DNA of 64,000 nucleotides. Source: a phage. The position numbers and the translations under genes are program-made. Positions 39,500-47,730 of this stretch are shown piece after piece (the stretch's first letter is position 1; each line of letters starts with the position of its first letter). Where the stretch lies: assembly GCA_038314665.1 (NCBI GenBank), contig GCA_038314665.1_3677.1. The stretch is one strand, 5' to 3'. The notes under the pieces are model-generated. The model saw only the letters and a program-made list of their open reading frames with translations, searched no databases and had not been told where the DNA came from.

Positions 39500-39970
39500 T
39501 TACTCCGGTTCAGGATCTGGGTAATCTTCAATAATAAAGGGCCATCCGTTCCGCTTAGCCTCCGACTTATACTCAATCTCCTTCATTGCAAACTCTAACT
39601 GATTCTTAGCCGGAATACATGCCGGAGAATCATCAATCCAGATATCTGGGTAGATATCAAACTGCGCCAGATAGGCTGCCTTCTGAATACCCCCAGTATA
39701 AAACACTCCAACATCAAGCTCCTTGCGCCAATATTCAATGTCCACGTTGTCTTGAGTGATGAACCGAGAAGTCACAAGATAGACTGTCCACCCTTCCTTC
39801 TTCAGGTCCTTAATCAGACGGGAGAAGATGAAAGGGCTCGCATTAAACGTTCCATCAAAGTCAATGGCAATGATATGTGTGCCGTGGCGAGTCTCATATG
39901 GATTGCTCGTGGTAAGATTGCTATAGTTAAAAGGTACTTCTTCCCCGCAGTAGCTATAGTCCATATTCAC
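39500..39970 (-). CDS. HAD-superfamily phosphatase (5'-nucleotidase-like)
   Basis: 156 aa with HAD motif I IAIDFDGT, motif II-like VTSR, and acidic IWIDDSP motif. Confidence 0.55.
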   Translation of the reverse strand: MNMDYSYCGEEVPFNYSNLTTSNPYETRHGTHIIAIDFDGTFNASPFIFSRLIKDLKKEGWTVYLVTSRFITQDNVDIEYWRKELDVGVFYTGGIQKAAYLAQFDIYPDIWIDDSPACIPAKNQLEFAMKEIEYKSEAKRNGWPFIIEDYPDPEPE

Positions 39971-40242
39971 ACCTTCTCGTTGATAAATTTACGGGCGGTT
40001 TGGTGAGTTGTTTCTGCTGTCTTCAGAATGATATTGATTTTGTTGTCAAGATCATTCATCTCAGCAGTTAATTCAGGAATCTCTCCAGCATGCATGGTGA
40101 AATCATACATGGACATGCCTAGAATCTCATTGATGCGGCGGTTGCATTCTGCAGCACGCTGGTTCATTTTCCAAGCTAACACCAAAGCCTCCTGCGTAGC
40201 CTCTAGTGCAAAATCTAATACGTCGGCTTCTTCTTTCGTCAT
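39967..40242 (-). CDS. hypothetical protein
   Basis: 91-aa ORF overlapping neighbour by 4 nt. Confidence 0.4.
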   Translation of the reverse strand: MTKEEADVLDFALEATQEALVLAWKMNQRAAECNRRINEILGMSMYDFTMHAGEIPELTAEMNDLDNKINIILKTAETTHQTARKFINEKV

Positions 40243-40300
40243 CTCAGTCTCTCCTGTTGTATTGTTGGTAGGTGTATGAATACCTTATAACTAACCTTTT

Positions 40301-40867
40301 TTATTCAAACTGCAATAGTAAGTCCACTACCGCGCTAGGTCTGTCGACAAATTCCCCAGGTCCACATGCCCACAGAGGGTATCCGTCCACATACCGCCAA
40401 ATCCAACCTGCAGTGTGTAGCTCAAGCAGGGCAGTACCGTCCTTACTGTCAACCACCCTTTCCCACAGTGTTGGGCAGCGAAGCTTGAGAATCGGATCAC
40501 CCCCCTTATACCCATCCATGTAGATACCCATTGCAAAATTCAGCATCATCTTTTTGTGCACTGATCTCTTATTGAGAGTGCTCATCACTTCCTCTTTGTG
40601 AATATTTGTAAGCTTCTCCCTGGCTACCCGCAGATCGTTGCAACCATTGTTCAGCAGATCTTCCAGACACTTGATCCGGAGGTCGTGAATGTCTTTGTCG
40701 TGTACCGTTGGCACAGGGTCGTAGCGGTATAGCACTGTTGATACAAGGTTGCTCGGGTGTGGGTCTGACAGCAACCCATAACCCCAATACTCTTCTGTAT
40801 CTGAAAGGACAAGACATCCAATGTCTCTGTCAAGCTTTCCTGTGTTGTAAGCCACATTGACCGCCAT
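40301..40867 (-). CDS. hypothetical protein
   Basis: 188-aa ORF, no recognisable motif. Confidence 0.45.
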   Translation of the reverse strand: MAVNVAYNTGKLDRDIGCLVLSDTEEYWGYGLLSDPHPSNLVSTVLYRYDPVPTVHDKDIHDLRIKCLEDLLNNGCNDLRVAREKLTNIHKEEVMSTLNKRSVHKKMMLNFAMGIYMDGYKGGDPILKLRCPTLWERVVDSKDGTALLELHTAGWIWRYVDGYPLWACGPGEFVDRPSAVVDLLLQFE

Positions 40868-40869
40868 GA

Positions 40870-41115
40870 CTATAGTTCCACTAGCAAAGTGCTTTCAAAG
40901 TGCCGTTCATGCAGACCGCTGTAAGGGACCACTTCCACAACACCATCACGGACATACGGGGCCATCATAGTGGTATACTCTCCAAACGGGTTGGTATTGT
41001 CACTAACCACAACCACCTTCTGCCCTTCCTTGGCAGAGTGCCAAATAGATCTACACTTCATCAGGTGTTCGAGAGCTCCAGGTAAAATTTTGTTACGTTC
41101 TTTACGGGTCTTCAT
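40870..41115 (-). CDS. hypothetical protein
   Basis: 81-aa ORF, coupled to neighbours. Confidence 0.4.
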   Translation of the reverse strand: MKTRKERNKILPGALEHLMKCRSIWHSAKEGQKVVVVSDNTNPFGEYTTMMAPYVRDGVVEVVPYSGLHERHFESTLLVEL

Positions 41116-41561
41116 AACAGATATAGCTCCTTATGAAAGTGGTCTTTTAATTTCTCACTGAGAAACTTCTTGATACCTTCCTCTAAAGTGTTTTCGATGT
41201 AGTCCAGCTTAACTGCTTCGATGGACATATCATAGATTGCCAGCTCTAAGCTGTCAAGTCCCATCATAGCATGAACCATAAGATTTTCATCTTCAGATAC
41301 ATTCAGGGGACTTCCTATAACATCTGGAGGCAGAATAGTTTCCCAATTATTCTGGGTGGTAGTTCTCCCGCCATCTACTTTACGGCGCAGTTCGAATGTG
41401 TTCTTAGTGTAGAACACTTCATAAGAAACGATACGACTGTCACTCTCATAATAAACGAAGTTCAGGTAGGAGCCTAGCCGCAGTCGGCAAACTTCCACCC
41501 CAAACCATTGTTTCTTATAAGAATTCAGGCTAATGCTGTCGCATTCACGTTTGCTCAACAC
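41112..41561 (-). CDS. hypothetical protein
   Basis: 149-aa ORF, no motif. Confidence 0.45.
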   Translation of the reverse strand: MLSKRECDSISLNSYKKQWFGVEVCRLRLGSYLNFVYYESDSRIVSYEVFYTKNTFELRRKVDGGRTTTQNNWETILPPDVIGSPLNVSEDENLMVHAMMGLDSLELAIYDMSIEAVKLDYIENTLEEGIKKFLSEKLKDHFHKELYLL

Positions 41562-41577
41562 GGCTATCTCCTTTTTG

Positions 41578-41811
41578 TTAATCTTCGTAAATCAGGATTT
41601 CTGCTTTAGGTTTTCGTGCTTTCAGGTCCAGCTCTATCCAGTGCACCATAGCTGTTTCAAGAAAAACAGCTTGGATGCATCCGTCCTCAGCGTGCCCCAC
41701 CAACATAACAAGATCTTCACATTCGTCATCTGCATCACGAACATACAGAATCTCTCCAGATTCAAAGTCTTTCACAACCTGATTGCTGGATAATTTACGA
41801 ATTTTTGCCAT
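41578..41811 (-). CDS. small paralogue family A, member 4
   Basis: 77 aa; shares G(E/T)(I/V)(L/V)..V and C-terminal (E/K)I.I(L/Y) features with the three upstream 87-aa ORFs. Confidence 0.45.
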   Translation of the reverse strand: MAKIRKLSSNQVVKDFESGEILYVRDADDECEDLVMLVGHAEDGCIQAVFLETAMVHWIELDLKARKPKAEILIYED

Positions 41812-41812
41812 A

Positions 41813-42076
41813 TCAGAAACCCTCTAAAAAGCTCTTGTAGAAAACAATCTCAGTATCCACACCAGTCACGATCTTGTCGTTCCTGATTTCGTCGGTAAGA
41901 TAGGTGTCAAAACGCAGAACCTGTGTGGTGTTGTCACACATCCACTCAGCTGTGACCATTGCGAAAATCTTAGCATCTTCATTGTCTGGTGTGAATGTTA
42001 CCACCTCACCGCACTTAAACTTTTCGATAGGTTGAGTGTTGGCTTTCGGTTCTGCGATAGTGATTTTTGTGGTCAT
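41813..42076 (-). CDS. small paralogue family A, member 3
   Basis: 87 aa; CGEVVTF and TGVDTEIVFY segments alignable with neighbours. Confidence 0.5.
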   Translation of the reverse strand: MTTKITIAEPKANTQPIEKFKCGEVVTFTPDNEDAKIFAMVTAEWMCDNTTQVLRFDTYLTDEIRNDKIVTGVDTEIVFYKSFLEGF

Positions 42077-42339
42077 TATTCTCCTCCTTCTTTTGAATAG
42101 CTTGTCTCTCCAAGGATGGTAATTTTGGTGTCAAGCTCTGTAACTTTCATGTTTGGCGGCAGATCGTACAACTCATTATTTTCTAAATCGAAACCCCACA
42201 CACAATGTTCTCCTGTTTTGACAATCATAACTATGTTTTGAATGCCGTCTCCGTCGCAACTTACCACGGTCCCACACGGAAAACTGTCTGCACGCTTTTT
42301 GTTCTTCACCTTAGAATTGAATACAATGCTAGTAGCCAT
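42076..42339 (-). CDS. small paralogue family A, member 2
   Basis: 87 aa; MAT..F.S..K.KK N-terminus, CGTVV and VTELDTKITILGE shared with member 1. Confidence 0.5.
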   Translation of the reverse strand: MATSIVFNSKVKNKKRADSFPCGTVVSCDGDGIQNIVMIVKTGEHCVWGFDLENNELYDLPPNMKVTELDTKITILGETSYSKEGGE

Positions 42340-42602
42340 TATTGTTCCTCCACCATAACTTCGCCAAGAATTTCTATGCAGGCATCCATTTCTGTAACAA
42401 CCGAACTGTGAGGTAGTTCTACAAACACCTTTCTGAACAGGTCAAATACCCCAACATATATGTTTGCAGGATGTGATTTTACAACAAGTGCTGTATTCAC
42501 ATCCCCAAGTTCATCAACAAACATCACCACAGTGCCTGGAGCTACTGAGGACAGATACTTCTTAGTTTTACGGTTTGATGCAAATTTTAACTCTGTTGCC
42601 AT
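42339..42602 (-). CDS. small paralogue family A, member 1
   Basis: 87 aa; PGTVV and VTEMDACIEILGE; 1-nt overlap with member 2. Confidence 0.5.
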   Translation of the reverse strand: MATELKFASNRKTKKYLSSVAPGTVVMFVDELGDVNTALVVKSHPANIYVGVFDLFRKVFVELPHSSVVTEMDACIEILGEVMVEEQ

Positions 42603-42617
42603 AAATAACCTCCTCTC

Positions 42618-44099
42618 TTACTTAGCGTACTCGATTAATTCCACAGTTTTCCCAAAGCTCGGGATATAATTTTTATTATACCCATCAGTGAGGACCCATA
42701 GAGTATCGTACTTTTTCCACTTGTTGTCAATAGCCTTTTGTTCAAAGTTATGCTCAAAGTATAGGTCGGTCAGGACGATGACATCTTTTGCATTCGGTAT
42801 GTTGGCATCCAGATACTCGAACACGCAAGCAGCTGTTGTTCCCCATGTTGAGTGGACCTCATAGTTGATTATCTCGTCTATGTTGCCACGAGTGTATACT
42901 TTAACCTCTCCAACCTCAGTTGACCAACAGAACATTGTAACCTTAAACTCTTTATACAGATTGCACAATCCGGTGATTTCATTGAACATTTTCTTTAAAG
43001 TTCTTTGAGAGATCGAGCCAGAAACGTCTAAAGCCACCACAATATCTATAGTGTTTTCCGGATTACGACCAGGAACAATAACGTGCTGGTTCTTGTTTAT
43101 AGCCCCAACTTTTCGCATTGTGCTGGTCAAAGACCCAGATCGGCGACCAGGTTTTCTGTAGGTCAGTTCGGCCTTTCTTTTAGACAACATGCGTTGCTTA
43201 ATGATGTCTATATAATTGATTACGGGCTTACCTCTGTTCTTGACAAACTCGCGCACCGCCTCAGGGCAACGACCTCCGGAAGCTTGCATTGCTGCCTCCA
43301 GCATGTCACCAGAGTCCTGCATGGCCTGATCTTTATCAGATTGGCTGATTACAGGTTGTGGCTGATCATACCCCATAGCCTTTCCAAGATTATCACTGGT
43401 GCCACCATTCCCACTCATGTGATCATCGGTTTGTCGCTTATCGCCTTGAGAGTTCTCACCTTTACCGCTCTTACTTTTACCGTTATTCTGATCTCTTTGC
43501 TTATCAAGAACTGCATAGACGTTCTCAGCAATCCATCCATGAAACTTCATGTCGCAGTAGCAGCTGGCTAAGAAGCCAAAAGGCTTACCTTTCACGAACG
43601 TAGTGCTTTTCCCCTTCGGGAAGAAAACACAAGGAGGTTTGCTAAAGTCAACCACAAGGCCTGTGTTGATAACGTGATCACAAGCAATATTGAACAGTTC
43701 CGGCTCAAAGCTTTTACCACGGACCAGGTGATCACAGATAATATGCCCCACCTCATGTGACAAAAGAAAGGCCACCTCTTTCACAGATTTGGGGGAATAG
43801 AAAACCTCAGCCATCTCAAACTGCTCGTCAGTTAGAGAAGCCTTAAGAATAGCCCTGCGTTCGTCAGCCAACCCCACAATGAACTCAGGACTGTAATAGA
43901 TGCGTTTATGGTCGGTTGCCATGGTGGAGCACCATGTGTGGTTTTCTACGAACTGCAACCCTGACAGTAGTGTGCCATAAAAAGGCAGCTTTTCAAGAAG
44001 ATACATACGTGCAGCTTGCAACATTCTCAGGGCATCATCTTTCTGTGAGGTAATGATTTCTGAACTTCTGCTATCCATTAAAACTCCAGAAGGGGCCAT
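42618..44099 (-). CDS. VWA-domain protein with N-terminal HExxH metallopeptidase-like domain
   Basis: 493 aa; HEVGH zinc-binding motif near N-terminus, long Gly/Ser/Asp/Lys-rich low-complexity linker, C-terminal MIDAS motif DVSGS. Confidence 0.65.
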   Translation of the reverse strand: MAPSGVLMDSRSSEIITSQKDDALRMLQAARMYLLEKLPFYGTLLSGLQFVENHTWCSTMATDHKRIYYSPEFIVGLADERRAILKASLTDEQFEMAEVFYSPKSVKEVAFLLSHEVGHIICDHLVRGKSFEPELFNIACDHVINTGLVVDFSKPPCVFFPKGKSTTFVKGKPFGFLASCYCDMKFHGWIAENVYAVLDKQRDQNNGKSKSGKGENSQGDKRQTDDHMSGNGGTSDNLGKAMGYDQPQPVISQSDKDQAMQDSGDMLEAAMQASGGRCPEAVREFVKNRGKPVINYIDIIKQRMLSKRKAELTYRKPGRRSGSLTSTMRKVGAINKNQHVIVPGRNPENTIDIVVALDVSGSISQRTLKKMFNEITGLCNLYKEFKVTMFCWSTEVGEVKVYTRGNIDEIINYEVHSTWGTTAACVFEYLDANIPNAKDVIVLTDLYFEHNFEQKAIDNKWKKYDTLWVLTDGYNKNYIPSFGKTVELIEYAK

Positions 44100-44111
44100 T
44101 GGCCCCTGTCA

Positions 44112-45155
44112 TTATTTAACGTGTTTGAAAATACCTGCCAACTCGGTCATTGTCATGCGAGTGGTCTTCATAAGGTCTGTCATAGCTTTCTCCATAATTG
44201 GAGATACTACCATAAAGTTTCCTTTAGTGAAACCTTTATTCCAGTCGGTCACCAACAGGGGTTTAAGTCCAGCTCCAAGACGTTCACCAGTTAAAGCACA
44301 GCATTTGCGAATATACGAACTCTTAAATTGGCTGAACGACAGATCAACTTTCATACCTGCATCGTAGAACGTTTGACAATAGAAAGTGTAAGCCTTAGCA
44401 ATCTCAACATCATCAGGCAGTGCAGGAACCTCTTCTGCAATCCCCTCTTCGACCTCCTGAGGCTCTTTTTCCTCTTCAGAGTTCTGTTCTTCAACTTCTT
44501 CTGTCACAGTCTCGTTTACGATGTCTGAAATGTGTTTGTTGGCTGCACGATCAGCCATGAAATTTTTAAAGTCCTGCATTGGTGACATATCTTCTTCCTC
44601 TTCGTCAAAGAGTGCCAGTTTATCCTCTTCCGTTCCATATTGCAAGATGAAATCTTCAAAAGTATAATCACCTTTCAATTTCTCCATACGCTCTTCGCTC
44701 AGGTGGAGCATCATCTGCTGGACAATTTTTCGATCAGTTTCGTCTTTAATCAAGACTGCAGTCTTTTTATCTACCAGACAGTCCTTTAGAGAGTTGCATC
44801 TCAATCCCACCACACAACAGTTATCAACCGCATAAGGACCTTCATCATCTATCCGCTCCAGAGATGGGTAGAAAGGATTTCCCAGCCCGTTTTCATCTGT
44901 GTGCATGTCAAAAGGTATAAGGGTATAGTCGCATACTCCATCTCCTAAAAGTTTTTTACCAAATAGGAGGTATTCTTCCCATGACAGGTCGAACTCTATA
45001 TCTCGTTTCCGTGCATTATTCTGTTTGCGTCTATATTTTTTGAGCAGGCGCTCTAACTCTTCTGGTGTATAATATTTTTCAAGATTCATGAGTTGTCTCT
45101 CGTGCTCTGTAAGTGAAGAAATCGTATCAATTGTCTCAACAGATGTCAACATCAA
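44112..45155 (-). CDS. hypothetical protein with internally duplicated degenerate HNH/AP2-like motif and poly-acidic linker
   Basis: 347 aa; N-terminal DLSWEEY...PSLERID...YAVDNCCVV...CN..K echoed near the C-terminus (DLSFSQF...PLLVTDWNKGFTKGNFMVV); central EEEED/EEVEEQNSEEEKE run. Confidence 0.4.
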   Translation of the reverse strand: MMLTSVETIDTISSLTEHERQLMNLEKYYTPEELERLLKKYRRKQNNARKRDIEFDLSWEEYLLFGKKLLGDGVCDYTLIPFDMHTDENGLGNPFYPSLERIDDEGPYAVDNCCVVGLRCNSLKDCLVDKKTAVLIKDETDRKIVQQMMLHLSEERMEKLKGDYTFEDFILQYGTEEDKLALFDEEEEDMSPMQDFKNFMADRAANKHISDIVNETVTEEVEEQNSEEEKEPQEVEEGIAEEVPALPDDVEIAKAYTFYCQTFYDAGMKVDLSFSQFKSSYIRKCCALTGERLGAGLKPLLVTDWNKGFTKGNFMVVSPIMEKAMTDLMKTTRMTMTELAGIFKHVK

Positions 45156-45162
45156 AAATGTG

Positions 45163-45191
45163 TTGACTTTACTCTAACTCCATAATATAGT
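45163..45191 (+). promoter_or_regulatory. sigma70-like promoter (TTGACT-N17-TATAGT) in divergent intergenic region
   Basis: -35 TTGACT 45163-45168, 17-nt spacer, -10 TATAGT 45186-45191, upstream of 45232 ORF. Confidence 0.5.
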
Positions 45192-45231
45192 GCACCCATT
45201 CGAAAGAAAACTAACATAGGAGCACTTACTT

Positions 45232-46131
45232 ATGGCAAATCTTAACAGTTTTAGTACGCGGTGGAAACAGGACATAACAACCAATCTTTCAGCTGGGGAC
45301 ATCCTTTCTGCAATTTACGAGGCTTTAGATGATAAAGCTACTTCAAAAGCGGTTTGTACCAACCCACTAATTCCTGTAGTGATGAAGGTTATTGAGCGTA
45401 GATTGGTATCTGGGTCTGATAAGTGGACATATTTAGATAATGAAGGACACACCTATTCCAATGGGTATGTCGATATAAAAGTAGAATACGCGGTATCATA
45501 CCGCCGAAGCGGTTCTGTGACTTTCAACTTTTCTGGAGGTTTCAGATCTCTGGCAACTTCACCTTTTGTTTCCTCAGAAGAGAAGTATGAGCTGCCATTT
45601 CTTTGGATGATGGCTAACGCGACAGGAAAAACCCCCGTTAGCATCCGAGTAAAATACAATTACAACGGATCTAGTAAGATCTATGCCGAAAGTGTCTCAG
45701 CAAGTTTTTATTTTGTGATGGGGGATGGAATCCTCAAACATATAAAGATGTGCGATATGCATGATGTTATAAATGAAGTGACTGATAAGAATGTTCTAGT
45801 GAAAGACCTCAACAATTTTTATACACCCGGAGACTATTACGTCAACCGTCCACTGTGCATCTTTAATGCCGCACACCCTCTAGGTGAGTATTTGATCGCC
45901 AATAGCGATATTGCCAATAACCGCTTCGAGGTAGCAAGAGTTCAGAATGAGGTATTGACATCTTGCAAGAGCGGTGATAAGTTTACCGAAGAAGAGATGG
46001 GTGTTTTAGAAATGATGGGATATAAGTGTAGCCTTTGGGTAGATGAGGTGTTTAATGATTGCATCTATGGACAGGATATTCACCCACTAAAGAAGTATAC
46101 TGATTCCAGTTTAATTTACGCGGAGATTTGA
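45232..46131 (+). CDS. hypothetical early protein
   Basis: 299-aa ORF with AGGAG RBS. Confidence 0.5.
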   Translation: MANLNSFSTRWKQDITTNLSAGDILSAIYEALDDKATSKAVCTNPLIPVVMKVIERRLVSGSDKWTYLDNEGHTYSNGYVDIKVEYAVSYRRSGSVTFNFSGGFRSLATSPFVSSEEKYELPFLWMMANATGKTPVSIRVKYNYNGSSKIYAESVSASFYFVMGDGILKHIKMCDMHDVINEVTDKNVLVKDLNNFYTPGDYYVNRPLCIFNAAHPLGEYLIANSDIANNRFEVARVQNEVLTSCKSGDKFTEEEMGVLEMMGYKCSLWVDEVFNDCIYGQDIHPLKKYTDSSLIYAEI

Positions 46132-46406
46132 CTATGATGAAGTCATGTGGTAGTGTATATTATGTTGGTGAGAATGTTCAGGCAGATAGTGTGTGGAAAT
46201 CCATTAAGTCCACCACCGATGATGCCTTTCTGAGCGGGTTATGTTTTCCCAATCCGGGAGACATCCTCCCTCATCCTGGAGATTTTGTTGTCAACAAGAT
46301 GGACGGTTATACCGTGTGCCTGATGGTTGAAAAAATCTTTTTAGACACTAGACACAATCACCGTCTTGTGTTAAAATTTCAAGAATGTAAAATGACAATT
46401 TCCTAA
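46128..46406 (+). CDS. hypothetical protein
   Basis: 92-aa ORF overlapping upstream stop. Confidence 0.4.
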   Translation: MTMMKSCGSVYYVGENVQADSVWKSIKSTTDDAFLSGLCFPNPGDILPHPGDFVVNKMDGYTVCLMVEKIFLDTRHNHRLVLKFQECKMTIS

Positions 46407-46419
46407 GGAGACCTTACCG

Positions 46420-46776
46420 ATGTCTAAAGTTACTTATCGTGCAGCTATTTACTGCAATGAACACCCAATCAATAATGATGGTCACTGCCTTTTCAAAGAA
46501 AATCAGTTGGGATGTATTGTCCTCCCTGATGAAGGGGAAGGTTATCTGATTGCATTAACAGGGTTTGAGCCTGAAGCTTTGGAAGCCAATCTGGACTACC
46601 TGGTAGAAGAGGGTGCTGCAGACCTGGTTGCCAATGGCTTCCCCGTAAGCCTTGACGAAGTGGAGCGCTTCATGGGCAATTACCGTGTAGTGCGTGAGTT
46701 TACTATCGAGGTGGAAACTCCAGAGTGGGGCAGCCATGAAACTAATGCCGAAGAAAAAGAAGAGGGGGTAGAATAA
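46420..46776 (+). CDS. hypothetical acidic protein
   Basis: 118-aa ORF with AAGGAGA RBS; Glu-rich C-terminus. Confidence 0.45.
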   Translation: MSKVTYRAAIYCNEHPINNDGHCLFKENQLGCIVLPDEGEGYLIALTGFEPEALEANLDYLVEEGAADLVANGFPVSLDEVERFMGNYRVVREFTIEVETPEWGSHETNAEEKEEGVE

Positions 46777-47033
46777 TGAAAGTGCAGATCTTGACTAATG
46801 CCGAGAAGATGTTTATCGAAGATACACCTTTTGAAGCTGGTGAGCTACAGTTCGTTTATTTTGTTGACTTAGATAAGGTGTTCCCTGCACTGAATCTGGG
46901 TCTGGATGAAGTTCCTCATAAGGTTTTGTGCCAAGTTGTTCGTGCATTAGCGGCAGATGGAGAGTTCCACACCCTTCAAGATGTCCAGACCTACGGGTAC
47001 CTTGAACTACAACGAGAAGAAGAGGTGGACTGA
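46776..47033 (+). CDS. hypothetical protein
   Basis: 85-aa ORF, coupled start. Confidence 0.4.
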   Translation: MKVQILTNAEKMFIEDTPFEAGELQFVYFVDLDKVFPALNLGLDEVPHKVLCQVVRALAADGEFHTLQDVQTYGYLELQREEEVD

Positions 47034-47035
47034 TA

Positions 47036-47416
47036 ATGGCTCAGTGGAAGACAACAGTTGACCTTCATGATCAGTGGTTAGGACGCATCACTGAAGACGG
47101 GAAGCTAGTGGAGTGGGACAATAAGCATGTTAGCGAGTTGGCAAGTATTGTGGCTGGTAAGCTACGCTCCAAGTTCCCTGAACAACTGGATCCTGATAGT
47201 TCAAAGTTCGATCCTGAGTTGGAGGATGTTGTATACTACTTCGACACCGTTGATGACTACGATGCGTGGTTTGCAGCACGGGAGCTTTACCCACAAGGCT
47301 CTGCTATGCGCCAGATGGAAGAAGATTATCCTCCGTGCGAGCAATTTAATAGCGCAATGACTTGCCTCTACGATTGGGCAGATAAGAACCTTGTCTGGAT
47401 TCGGACTGCATTTTAG
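47036..47416 (+). CDS. hypothetical protein
   Basis: 126-aa ORF. Confidence 0.45.
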   Translation: MAQWKTTVDLHDQWLGRITEDGKLVEWDNKHVSELASIVAGKLRSKFPEQLDPDSSKFDPELEDVVYYFDTVDDYDAWFAARELYPQGSAMRQMEEDYPPCEQFNSAMTCLYDWADKNLVWIRTAF

Positions 47417-47460
47417 TGGGCAGGAATGGCGGCAAGGATGCTGCTTAAGGAGTAGTAGAG

Positions 47461-47730
47461 ATGTTATACCAGCAATATGAACTTCGTGCAGAAAAAGAGT
47501 TAAATTTTGACAAAGATATTCACAGATATTATTATGGGAAAGTTAGAGGGCAAGCAAGAAAGTGTACTCCAACACTCTTTTATGCCAGCAGACGACTAGC
47601 GCCAGAAGAGGCAACAGCAGAAAGGGTTGCGTACAACTGGAGAGTCACGTATGATATTGACAGATCCGATGTGATATCTGTTTTGGAAAACTTTGAAAAC
47701 ACTTACACACAAGTAGAGGACTTTTACTAA
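47461..47730 (+). CDS. hypothetical protein
   Basis: 89-aa ORF with AAGGAG RBS. Confidence 0.45.
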   Translation: MLYQQYELRAEKELNFDKDIHRYYYGKVRGQARKCTPTLFYASRRLAPEEATAERVAYNWRVTYDIDRSDVISVLENFENTYTQVEDFY

